In this document: in pieces, positions 46,982 through 59,121 of the stretch
Layout of the letters: each line of letters starts with the position of its first letter
Numbering within the stretch: the first letter of the stretch is position 1
NCBI GenBank assembly: GCA_964106645.2
Contig: OZ067042.1
From: Podarcis pityusensis
Lineage: Eukaryota
DNA length: 64,000 nt
Reading direction: 5' to 3' (one strand)
Translations under genes and position numbers: made by a program
Notes under the pieces: generated by a model
The model's database searches: none
What the model saw: only the letters and a program-made list of their open reading frames with translations
Told to the model about the DNA's origin: nothing

Positions 46982-49430
46982 AACTTCAGTGGATGGTACT
47001 ATTGTTTTAATTTGCCCTTGACTGCTGCTGTATTTTTAGAGGGTGATTCCCAATGCTAGTCATACTCAGAGTAGTGCCGCTGAAACAAAGAGACCAGCAT
47101 TATTTCATTCCCTTGATTGCAATGATTCTACTCAGTATGACTAACACTGGATATCAGGCAACATTCTGCAGGTTTTTATTGCTATTTTTAATGTTTTAAA
47201 GCTGTTTAAATTGTTGTTGTATCTTTTATTGTGAACTACCTTCGGATGCTACAGGAATGACAGTATAAAGTGCTTGAGTACAATGAACATATAGTCGCTG
47301 AATCATACTCTAAGGAAGGCAACAGACAAAGCATCTTCCGGTGGCAAGCAGACTAAACACGAGTCACCTGGGCAATTTGTAGAAGGCATTCAAGAGAGTG
47401 ACAAAACCATTGGGAAAGCCTACTCTTTTTGGCAGTGATCCAGGAAAGTGTCTGGGGTGGTGGTGGAAATAAGGATCTGATCAGAGAGTCTTTAGGTGAG
47501 GGTCAGATCCTACACGTATGGACAGATGGCAATACCAAAAACAGTGTTTAGCCCAAGAGTAGGGAACCTTTGTCAATCTGAGGACAACATTTGTTGGAGG
47601 GCCACCTTGCAGGGGCTACATGCCACTGGGGGGTGGGGCCAGAGAAAAATGGATGTGATTCCCAACTTTGCACAATAGGCCACATTCCAGCTATGCAAAA
47701 ACCAGGGGTTCCTTCTACACACACACATGCACACTCATCTCTGTCTCCTTCATTTAGGCAAGCAAGAGGTATTATCACAATTCAAGGACACATTCCAGCA
47801 AGGCAAGAGCTTTTGAGGTGGGTGCAGGGTCAAGGAGGAGAGTGGACTGGGGAGGCGTGGACCATCCCAAGTCCCAGTGGTGGGAAGGGCCTAGAGGGCT
47901 GCATTCAGAGCCTGGGTTTGAGGTTTATCCACTTGCAGTTTCGTCCCTGGATGTGACTTTGGGAGGTATAAAGGCTGGCAGGTTTTCCTCTTCCTCTCTC
48001 GCCAGGGGCCTCATCTGGAGTCATCAAAGCACAGCCTACATGCTTGCTTGCTTTTCAAGTGGTACAGAAGGGAGTCTTTCAGCCAAAATGGCACATTCCA
48101 AAGAGAAACAGAGGCACTGAGTTTTTGGTTTCCACTATCCATCATCTTAGAAAGGCACCAGTTAATTCAGTTCAGAGCAATGCTCCAAATGCACACCTCA
48201 TGCTATAACTATTAGTGCACATTGCCTATCACGTTGCCTGTGATGCTGACTCACAACAAACACAACAGTATTTCATGTGGGACTCATGCTGGATCGCTAG
48301 AAATAAATTAGGAGTGAATTAATTTTATAGCCAGAACTACACACCTGCAAGGAAATCCACAGGAAAGGGTGAAACCTGCCATCTGCCCTTGACTGCCTTG
48401 GCACAGAGGATTCATTAAGAGGCAGTTAAGGGACTTCCCAGTTGTTACTAGATGCCTATGTGCAGGCATATGTTGCTTTTCACCCTTAACTTTTGGATTT
48501 CCTCAGGTTATCGTTTTCTATACATCATAGCGAAATATGTTTGCCCAATAGCGAAGGCTAACATTCTTTTTCATCATCTCCCATGACATTAGAGATATTG
48601 ATGGGACCAACACTTGGTGTAAAAGTGATACCATTGCCTGGTTTTTATTGGCACCGACTGCAATGTAGGAGAATTACAGTAGAATTTCAGTGACTTCCAC
48701 CTCAGAAATGGAGGTTGTTCATAAATCACAAATTATATCACCAGAGGCCTTCTGAAACCCTCCTGCAACCTATTCCTCCAAGCGCCTTCTCTATTTTGCT
48801 TCCTCCTACACTGGGGGAGGACAACATAGTGCCCTCTATGTGTTTTGGACTCCCAACTACCATGAACCCCAGACAGCATGGCTAATGGTCAAGGATTATG
48901 GGAGCTGTAGTGCAGCAATACCTGGAGGGCAATACAGTAACTACCCTTGTCCTAGATTAAAGAACCTAAGAATATCCTGGCACCATTCAGCTCTCCAGAG
49001 TACCTGAATCCAAGCGTCCCTGATACCCACCACCAGATTACCTAGCACCAGCAAGGATCTTGAAGCAGCCTTGGCAGCTTCTGCATTCAAGCAGGAAGTC
49101 AAATTTCCTTGCAGATTTCCTTGATAGGTTGCATCTTGGCAGCTTGTCTCTTTGACTTTCTGTTTAAGTGCTGTATCTGGAACTCTCAGTCCTCTCATCC
49201 ATGCTGGTTCCCCACTCCCATTATAAAAAGAAGTCAGAGGCTTAACACGGTAGCAAGCGGGGTGCATTTGCTCTCAATGATCCTCAGTCACAGTTTTGTT
49301 GCATATAGAATAGACCAGACACAAATTTGCCCTAGGATGACTCTATCCTAGGCTGCTCCTAATTTCCATTATTTATCTTGCCATTCTGCCAACAAGTTTA
49401 TGGTTCTCCCACTTCCCAACTCACAGCAAC

Positions 49431-49898
49431 CAGTGGTGTAGGAAGGGGGATGCGGGGGCTGTAGACCATCCCGGGTGTCATCAATGAGGGGGTGACAAAA
49501 TGGCCAACCAGCTGGGAGGCAGGCGGGCCACTTCCTCGGTGCCAGCACTCAGCTCCAAGGCACTACCATCCTGAACTGGGGGTGGCTGGCATCAGCTTGG
49601 GGAACCGTGGGGAGGGGGGGCAAAGCCTGACTCCATCCCACTGGAGATGTGAGGCGGGGGCGAACTTGGAAGCGGAACCTTCCACAGGAAAACACAACAC
49701 ACACAAGCAGGCACCCTGCAGCAGTGAGTATCTTTCAAAACACAAGCAAAGCAATGAGGGGGGTGCCAGAAGGGCGCAACAGCCTCCGCTCAGGGCTGGG
49801 GTCGCTCCAGCGGTGGTGGGGGTTGGCTACGCAATGCCTTTGTTCTCTGCTGCTTGCCCCTCCCACCCCAGGCATGTTGGAGTCATGTTCCGCCGCTG
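49431..49898. mobile_element. hAT non-autonomous element nested in an older fold-back MITE
   Basis: CAGTGGTGTAG ... TTCCGCCGCTG ends; perfect 8-bp TSD ACAGCAAC (49423-49430, 49899-49906). Confidence 0.8.
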
Positions 49899-51358
49899 AC
49901 AGCAACCTCCTATCGGTCCCAAACAGCATAGTCAATGGTCAGGGATGATGTACTCCAGTGACATCTGGATGCCACCCCAATGTCTTCTACATAGTCAGGA
50001 ACCTGGATTGTGGCCGGATTCCTAATTGCATATACAGACCCCATGTACATTCTCCCTTTCTGTTGAATGTGCAGCCAGAGGATGGGACAGACTCAGTGGA
50101 TACTTGGAGACTGGGGGCAGGACCCTTGACCATGATTTAACTCCTCCATATGTTTGCATGCCCTGCTGCTACCCATTATATATTGCCTTTGAACACTGAA
50201 TAGATCTATCTTATTTTCCATACATTTGTTTGATTGTTTTTCAAATAATTTGCATTAGGGACCACCAATATTTTGCAGTGCTTAATCTAATACGTCACAT
50301 ACATATTACAAAAATAGGTACTTCCCTCTGTTTGTCTGGAAGCTGCTGGCAAATAATTAATTTCATCTGGGTAGACCACTGAGCTTCCATTCAGAAGACA
50401 GAGCCTTTACATAACGCATACTCTGAAATTATATGCAGGGCAAAGTCTGACTCACCAGAAGTTTGTCACGCATTACCCAGCTCAGATTATCTGCCTCTGG
50501 ATAAGGACATAATTTAGCTGAACATTGCTTGTTCTAAAAGTAAAACTGAGTTAAGTCTAACACTAAAGAGCACCCTGAATTTTGTCTAGGATGATATGAA
50601 AAACGCTAAGGAAAGGCCAGAGTTTAAGCAAAGGTGTTGGATTAAGGCAACGTGAAAAAATTGTTTTACTAGATTTATATCAGCTCTTGAGGCCAGTTTC
50701 TGGCTCTCACAGCTACAATTCACAACGGTGAATACACTTCTGCTGGGTTTTTCATTTTTATTCTCATTAGGAGTGTTGCAAACTGTATCAACCTCATCCA
50801 ATGGTGTGGTTTCTCCTCCCTCAGCTGACAAGCTGTTATCAGTACAGGAAGTGATTAAGCAGAATTTCTCCATACAGATAGAAGAAGAGTTATCAGCTTT
50901 GGCCTGTTTTCTTTCTGGAAGGTCGAAGTTAGGGGCTTACAAGAGCTGAATGATCTGAACAGAAAGGCTCTTGCTGGATGCAGAGGTGAAAAATTGCTCT
51001 AAATCTAGGAAGAAATAAAGCCTCCAGGGACAGCAATGATCTAGATGTCAGGAAATAAACATTGTGGGGAGTGGGTTGAAATGAACCTGAGCTAACTAGG
51101 AAAAAGTGATTCAGAGGACTAGTATAATCTACTGAGATAGCCAGAATGGCACATTGGACCTTTGAACAGGAGTAACAGAGATGCACAGCCTTTCCCTCTC
51201 ACAATCTTGGTATAATATGGACGGAGTGCAAGAGCCTGTGACTTTATTCTTTGAGAAATGAAAACTGTAACCATCACAGGTCCTATATGGTTGTTCCTCT
51301 CCACATACCTGCAATCATGTGGTGGTAGAGAACAAGGCCACACCCACTAGCTTTGCCC

Positions 51359-51545
51359 CATAGGAGCCAACTCCTAGGGGCCAAGGTCCCTTTGCCCCCT
51401 AATAAAATATTTAAGGGGGTCGGGGGCACCCAAGCTGATGGGCATTGCCATTCAAATGGTCTGTGTGTGCCCATGTCATGTTATTGATTATGTGGAGTGG
51501 AGCTTACCTGCTCCCCCCCATATTTTATTCAAGTTGGCACCTCTG
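51359..51545. mobile_element. hAT MITE
   Basis: TIR CATAGGAGCCAAC ... GTTGGCACCTCTG; TSD CTTTGCCC/CTCTGCCC; a related terminus AGCTGGCTCCTATG lies at ~13803-13816. Confidence 0.75.
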
Positions 51546-53932
51546 CTCTGCCCCCTCTGTGTCATCCCCACCACCATTGTCTATGTGTTGGGGGGGGGGG
51601 AGTTTGCTGTATGCACTTAGGCTTTCCCCGTGACTGGGAATCCTGATCGTGCAGGGATCCCAGCTTCAGGGAGATGGTATGTACATACAATAAGCTCTTC
51701 GTTACAGACATTCCCTACACACCCACAATGTATGGGCAGCATTAGGGTGGGGTCAGTGAGGAACAGAAAGAACATATGTCACAATTGCCTGGGGGGAATG
51801 CCCATATAAGGTTATAATACCCAAGGAAGAGAAGTTTAGGCAAAAAAAAAATATTTAGAGCTAATGGAAGAAGCAGAGACTGAACATTAGTTCCAAATAA
51901 AACTTCTGCCTAAACCTCTCTCTCTTGTGAGGTTCTTCCAATTAATAACTGTTGAAGGAATTAACAATTTTAACCGATATTTTCCATGATTTGTTAATAA
52001 GGACAAAACTGTACATCCTGATATTATAAATGATTTGTTTATAATCATTGTTTATAAAACTATAATATATAATTTGTTTATAGTTGCAGTTGGGTTAGCA
52101 TGTACGCAGCCTATATGGCAGCAGGGGACTGTCACCTCACACTTTCCAATGTAATTTTCCATCACTTTTCTCATAGGACCTTTTGTAAAGTGATAAAAGT
52201 GATAGGATAATTGTACCCTGAAAATATGGATAGCAACCAAATTTTGTGTGAATAAACATCCCACCTGAAAGCACCCTAAGAATAAAAGCCCTAATGGTTA
52301 AAAGCGACACCGAGGGTAAAAATTGAAAAGCAAAATCTGAAAAAATGTTCAAACATTTAAATTCAAATCCTGACTTTTCGCCGAAATTTGAATTGGTGCA
52401 AAATACTTTCAAATCTTCACTCCTCTCACATTCTCAGCCTGCCACTTTGGTCATGTAAATTGGAGTTTACTCATCCACCATCCCCAGTGGGGAATTTGTG
52501 GTCCTCCAGATACTGGTGAAGTCCACGCCCCATCATCTCCAGAATAGCCAATGGTCAGGGATGATGGGAACTGTAGTCCAACCAACATCTTAAGAAGTAC
52601 AGGTTTCCCATTCCTACCTGATCTTAGAACACAAATACGTTCCTCACTTTTGAAGGCCAATGCTTTTGAGGGCAGACTCTAGTCCAAATCGATTTTTAGC
52701 AAGTTTTGACAGAATGCCATTTAATTCAAGAAGCATTAATTTTAACCATTTATCTCACATAGTCCCTGTTTGAAAAGAGAGAGAGAGAAACATAAAGCTA
52801 ATTACTCTATTATGTATTATGAGGTCTGGGTGTGTAAAACTTTCACACCAGAAGTGTCTTATTTTGCTAACTGCTTGAACATTAAACTTGAACAGAAAGG
52901 AATTGTTCCCATGACTCATATTTTTCATCATTTGGTCATTAAATTGTGATGGATATAAACCTATAAAGTACCTAAACTGAACCTTTTAACAATCCATGAG
53001 CAATACTATCATTTTTTTAATAGAACTCGCTGACCGTGCCTTTCTCAGATGCCATTTGTCACTTTCAGTGGGCAATAATCAATAACTTGGCTTTGAAATA
53101 AATAATATAGCAGTCGCAATATATTATCTTTCAGGCTGGCCTTATACTAACCACAAAACAGGGTCTGGGAAGATGAGAAGTTTAGGTAAATGTTAAAAAT
53201 GGAATGACACTGAGAAGAAGAGCTAAATGAATGAGTGGACAAAGCCTAATCCTTTCTTATCCTAATCCTTTCTTCCCACTTTTGTCCCATTTTGTCATGT
53301 CATTGAGCATGTTGCATGCTCCTTGTGGTGGTTGGAAAGTTTGCATCGTATTCACGTTTTTCAGTTAGGTCATGCATTTACCCAAATAGTTGGTGCAGGT
53401 TCCAGAATGTCTGAGCGACTTCAGATTATCTAATCTCCACTTAACTATAGTTGTGCTAGATGATCTTTGTGGTCCCTTCCAACTCTACAATTCTATGTTT
53501 CTATTAATTACGCTCCCCGCATCAGTCTCCCCACTCAAGTGAAACAAAGGCATTTACATCCTCCTCCACCATTCTGCCTCACATTCTTTGTACTTCTCTC
53601 TTTAGAACAAAAGTGGGGTTTCAGGTCCTAGCGCCCAATGAAATATGGGCATGTTTAAGAGGATGTGTTCAGTGTAGAAGAGGTTGACTCAGTGCAAACA
53701 GGAATTAAGCAAGCAAAACAAACAGTCTTGAATTATTGAGGGGATGTTTACTGAGTTCTTGCATGGGTGACATAGGAGGTACTGCCAGGCACACCAGTGC
53801 CCACTGGCACTGTGTTGGAGATCCTACTACACACATGAGAACTAATCCTGGCAACCATCAAGTTCCAAACTAATGCTGTGTTAGGTGTAATTTCTCTACG
53901 CTGGACTCTGGTTTCCAAATCTTTTAGATATA

Positions 53933-54174
53933 CAGTGGTACCTTGGGTTAAGAACTTAATTCATTCTGGAGGTCCATTCTTAACCTGAAACTGTTCTTAA
54001 CCTGAGGTACCACTTTAGCTAATGGGGCCTCCTGCTGCCGCAGCTCCACTGGAGCACGATTTCTGTTCTCATCCTGAAGCAAAGTTCTTAACCCGAGGTA
54101 CTATTTCTGGGTTAGCAGAGTCTGTAATCTGAAGCATCTGTAACCTGAAGTGTCTGTAACCCAAGGTACCACTG
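53933..54174 (-). mobile_element. Tc1/mariner-type MITE (inverted relative to the 3913 and 17724 copies)
   Basis: TA-CAGTGGTACCTTGGGTTA ... TAACCCAAGGTACCACTG-TA. Confidence 0.9.
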
Positions 54175-55904
54175 TAATATGTTAGATACAGCAGCTTGTG
54201 TAAAACAACTTCTCAGTCAAGTGACAACATTGTTGTGGCTGTGATACAGCAAGTGTTCTTTCTGCCTGCCAATCAGAAAAGTTTGTAAACAGTCATCATA
54301 TTGATTAGAATATACAGAATTCATTAAACTGTGTAGACAAGCTCACAGAGTTAAGTTGCTTGGTGGAAAACGCAAAGTCATTGTAAGGCTGCCTCTGATT
54401 TGGTTCACAAGAGATAGTGAACCAGTGAAGATCTAGAAGACTGGAGCTTTCTGCACTGTTGAATTCAGTACTTCACTCAGTAGATGCAAGTACTTTGTTA
54501 CTTCAACAAATATCACAAAACAGCTTTAAAGCATTGCTAGACCATCAAAGATCTTGGATGTGATCTTTATCACCGAATGTCACCATCTCTATTGCCACAT
54601 GAAGCACAGTCAATAGCCTTGTTATATAGGAGTGGGGAAAGGATATCCTTGCTGTTACTTGCAACTTTGGTAAAAATGGCTGGTTAAGTGATCCTGGGCT
54701 GGTGAAGTTGTACACAGTCTCTTCTTCAGAAAACTCTACTAGCACCCTGGATCAAACTATTTAGTTTTGGTAAGCCAAAGAGAAGCACTACACTCTCACA
54801 TGTGAAACTTCAGTAATTTCAATTCTGGGTGTTTCAAATTCACTGTGGGTCCACTGTGTAAGTCAAGGTCAATGTCACCATGCGTAAATAGAACTCTTGT
54901 TTATTCAAACTTCTGATTATTGTTTTTCTAACCTCCCGCAGGCAATTCAGATAAGTAAAGCTGTACTATGTTTAATATTTATAAGGCTGCAAGAGAACAG
55001 TGGGGAACCCTTAATTACAATGGAAATGGAGATTATGTACTTAAATATACTGGAGAAAGGCTTGAATCACAGCAACATTTATTATAAATAACATCCCCCT
55101 ATACAAGTCTAAAAATAATCTCCTTAATGCTCGTGTGTGTGCATGTGTTTGATATTAAAAATGACTGATTTAAAGGAATGTGCTTCACCTTCTTTGCCAA
55201 GTAAGAAGGTTTGGTTCCAGTATGCTCAGGCTTAAATGCTGCCAGTATTTCATGTTCGGATAGTCATAAAGTTAAAGGTTAATAGGCTGTACAAATGACA
55301 GAGTTTAAAGGGGAAAATGAGCACCGGGAAGATCTCTAGTACTTAGGCAACATTTTAAAAATGAAGCTTAGCTTCATTGTAATATCTTCTCTCATGATGT
55401 TGATCATTAGTGAGAATAATTCTATTTGCATAAGCAATTTCTTTGCCTATAGCCCATCTCCGCTTATTTTGAGGGTAATTGTGACACATACTGACTCATA
55501 AGCCTTTGACACACACCGACTCATAATCGTGCTCAGTGACATAACAATCTGCTGCCCTGGAAAATGTAACAGTGCAAATGTAAAATGGTGGCCTCTGTGC
55601 AATGATGAAGGGCAAGTAGATGTTGTAAATGGAGGAATCTTTTCATACTAGAAAATGAGACTGGCATGGATAAAAGAATAAGAAAAAAACCATTACATGC
55701 TAAAACCATGTGCAGTGAGATCCTAAGCAAGCCTACTCTGAAGTAAGCCCCACTGAGTTCAATTAAATATATTCCATTGTTAACATGCATAGAACTGTAG
55801 CCTTCTTTAACAGTCTAAGATTTGATTAGAGGCTTTCAGCTGCTGTGATTTTAAGAAATAATTGTGATCTAAACTAAGTTACAGTTAGTTGCAATCTGTG
55901 TTAT

Positions 55905-56688
55905 CTTGGAATGCAGGGGCAGATGGGGCTCATCAACCTGGCAAGGTAGCCCATCTAGGAAAAAGGAAACTTTGATCCTAAACATCTGCTGTCTTGCAGT
56001 TAAACTAATTTGTGAGAAATCCTTTGGAACCCTGAGGAACAATTTGTACCCGCTGCTTTGTGAAATATCTCCCAGAGAAGAAGAGGCTAAGGATTAAACC
56101 CTACACAAATCCAGAGTGGAATCCCTAAGGCAGTTGGATGGTGTCTTGTATGCCTCCTTCTGCCAACTCCTGCAGCCCAGCTGGCGCCAGATGTATTGCT
56201 TTGCTTTGGACCACACCAAGAGGGGAGTCTTGTCATCTGGGCAGCCCAGGATCTCCATACACACTGCCCAGGCTTGCACCCTGGGGAGGTCACTGCAAAT
56301 ACAGCAAAAACTATGTGGGAGGTACCAGCTACAAGTTATAAGTTCAACCTGATTGGCGTAAGGTACAAGTACTACAGGTTGTCTTCATTGGTGGGAGAGA
56401 TCATTGTGTCTCACTGGTCAGCTATGGCTTAAGCGGGGCAGCCCTTGGTCAACCCATAGCAGTGACCAGAAGAATGACCACTGGGAAGAGCACAGAGAGA
56501 AGATATGTCATGGTGCATCTGCAGCAGCACAACCAGAGACCTTCATCTGTCCCAGCTGGAACCAAACATGTCTATTCCACATCAGTCTCTGAAGCCACAG
56601 CAGGTACTGCAACCTTCCAACAGTTTGACTTCACGCCCAAAGGTGCACACTTTCATTGTCTCCCGAGGCAGACAGATGCCAACAACAA
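55905..56688 (+). mobile_element. RTE-clade non-autonomous (bipartite) retroelement
   Basis: The 3' part encodes a decayed RTE-type C-terminal zinc-finger region (..PETFICPSWNQTCL.HISL*SHSRYC) and ends TTGTCTCCCGAGGCAGACAGATGCC(AAC)n. The 5' part looks like non-coding leader with no reverse transcriptase in between. 5' boundary approximate. Confidence 0.6.
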
Positions 56689-58985
56689 GTATACTAATTC
56701 AAGAAATAGGATGCAACATAGTTTTAATGAGAAATCCCTGTTTGTTTCTTAATTCTGCCCTCAGGATCCTTTTCTTAATTTGTATGGTACCAGTCTAGAC
56801 ATTTTCATGGTCCTTGAAATCACTGGAAATGTTCCAACACCAGAGTAGCTAACCTGTGGCCCTCTAAATGTTGTTAGACTCTCACTTCCATCAGCCCCAG
56901 TCAAAATGGCCAACGATCAGAAATAATGGGAGTTGTAGTCCAGGGACAACTGGAGGATCAAAGGTTAGTCACCACACTGGTTAACCACACCCTCTCTTGC
57001 TTTGTAGTCTTGAACGGATTTGTCATTGCAGGGAACTTTATGGGGGAAGAGCAGAAACTTGGGACATCTCAGCACACTCACCAAACTACCGGTATTCCCA
57101 TGATTCTTTTTGGAAGCTGTAACAATTAAAACAATGGTTTGTTTCTGGTAAAGGATAGAGACGGCCCCTTTGATACTTGAGCATGATAAGTACTTAACTG
57201 GGTTGTCCCAAACTAGTTGCTTATTTTACCTTTCCAAGATTTAATTGACGTAGCTGGAAGTCAGGATCAGAGTGAAGAATAAGGCAATCTGTGGCAATTT
57301 CCAACTATTCAGGGCCTTGAATGCACTGTCAGGAAAAGTGTACCCAAGAAGCCCACACAATTTTGGAGTTTCCACAATTGTGTCAATTCCTGAAACTAAC
57401 TTAAAAGGTTGCACCGGAGTTCTCTTTAAGCGAGCGGAACAGATCAATCTTATCACCATCTCTATGAATTTTAAATAATAGCCACTTTTCTTTTCTTCCT
57501 TGGCTAACTGTTGCATGTTCAGAAGCTTTCCTTTTACAACGTCATATTTCTTCCTTCTTTAATAGAAATTACTTTAATGGACAAGATGATGTTAAAATTT
57601 TGATTTAAATGTACTTGGGCACAGTGGGAACATCAGTATTTTTATATTTAGCCTTCAAAAGCTCAAGAAATTGTGTTCTCATTCTTGGCAGGAGCAACTT
57701 TGCCCCACCTCTCCTAGAAGAAAGAGACTCAGGTTGATTCCTTCTTTTGAGAGGGGGATAAGTAGATCACATGTGGCCAGAGTGGCCAATGAGCAGGGAG
57801 GGTTAGCCAGCTATTTAAGGCTGACTCCATCCCTCTTCACCTGGTTATCCTCACAGGCTTGATTCCCTTAGGGTCAGGCCTGCACAGCCAGCAGGACCTG
57901 GGTACACCGGCTAAGCTTCATTTACCCAAGGCTCACTTAACAAAGACAGGAAGTTTTCTTCCAGTCCTCAGCTGGGAGGCAAATCACCTGCTGGTTTACT
58001 TGGCCAGGGGGAGGGATACTTCACTCTCATGTTTCCATTGATTCCCCCTGCCTGCACATATTTATTTGGCTAATTGCAGATCCTCCAATTTGTTTTGTAT
58101 CATTATCATTATTTATATAATGATTTTTCCCCTGACAGGAACTCAAGACAGCTTACAGATAAAATAAGGACAGTTAAAAACATAGATATAGTAATAATTA
58201 ATTAATATACCCTTGTTGCCACATAAAAAGTTGTCCTGAGTCTTCTTTCTAGGTATGGGGGCAACATATCTATGTATATGATCCAACAGGAAAGGGAAAA
58301 TCTGGTTGCCATATTTACTTCATGTGCCATCAGGAAAATATGATGTTGGCACAGGCAGCTATGTTGCTGCTTAACTGCAGTTTATATCCAAGTGCACTTA
58401 CATTTACCATTGATTTAAATGGAGGGCTAGTTGATCCATCTCTCCAGCCTTCAACCCAGGTAGCTATATAGAGGTATGATATTGTCTGTCATGTTTTTGA
58501 CCTTGAGAGAATAGACATAAACATATCTGAGCTACCAGTAATAGTTGGAGAATGCTGGTTGTCATGGGGGTGACTTACTCCTGATTTGCCATAATGTCAA
58601 TGTGCCATTTAAATATGAATTAAGATGATGTCGCCTAGCATCCCTGGACACCTTTGCAACTCATTAGTGTTGCAGCTTTTTCAAAAAATAAGAAACTAAC
58701 ATTCTAAATATGTTCTTTTTTTTCAAAAAGAGGCTATAACTGAAAGTTGAATGAGAAGAATGCTTTACTCTTTTATTAGTTCACTTTCTGCTATATATCT
58801 AGTCTGTATGCCAAGAAAAGTATAATCAAATGGCAAGTTATTGGTTTTTCAATAACACAGTTTTAAAAAGAGAATAAAATAGCATATCTTACCTGGCAGT
58901 ATTTATGAAACAATTAATATTGCTAGTGTATTTTCCACTTCCTCAATATTTCATATGCCGTATCAGTTTTTATAAACCTCAAAAG

Positions 58986-59121
58986 CAGGCATAGGCAAAC
59001 TCCAGCCCTCCAGATATTTGAGACTACAATTCCCATCATCCCTGACCACTGGTCCTGTTAACTAGGGAAGATGGGAATTGTAGTCCCAAACATCTGGAGG
59101 GCCAGAGTTTACCTATGCCTG
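58986..59121. mobile_element. 136-bp fold-back hAT MITE (same family as 32347, opposite orientation)
   Basis: CAGGCATAGGCAAACTC ... GAGTTTACCTATGCCTG; perfect 8-bp TSD CTCAAAAG. Confidence 0.92.

Noticed and set aside
57670-58060. LTR/DIRS-like stretch with CCAAT and TATTTAA
   Set aside because: Could not identify TG...CA ends with a TSD; left unannotated.
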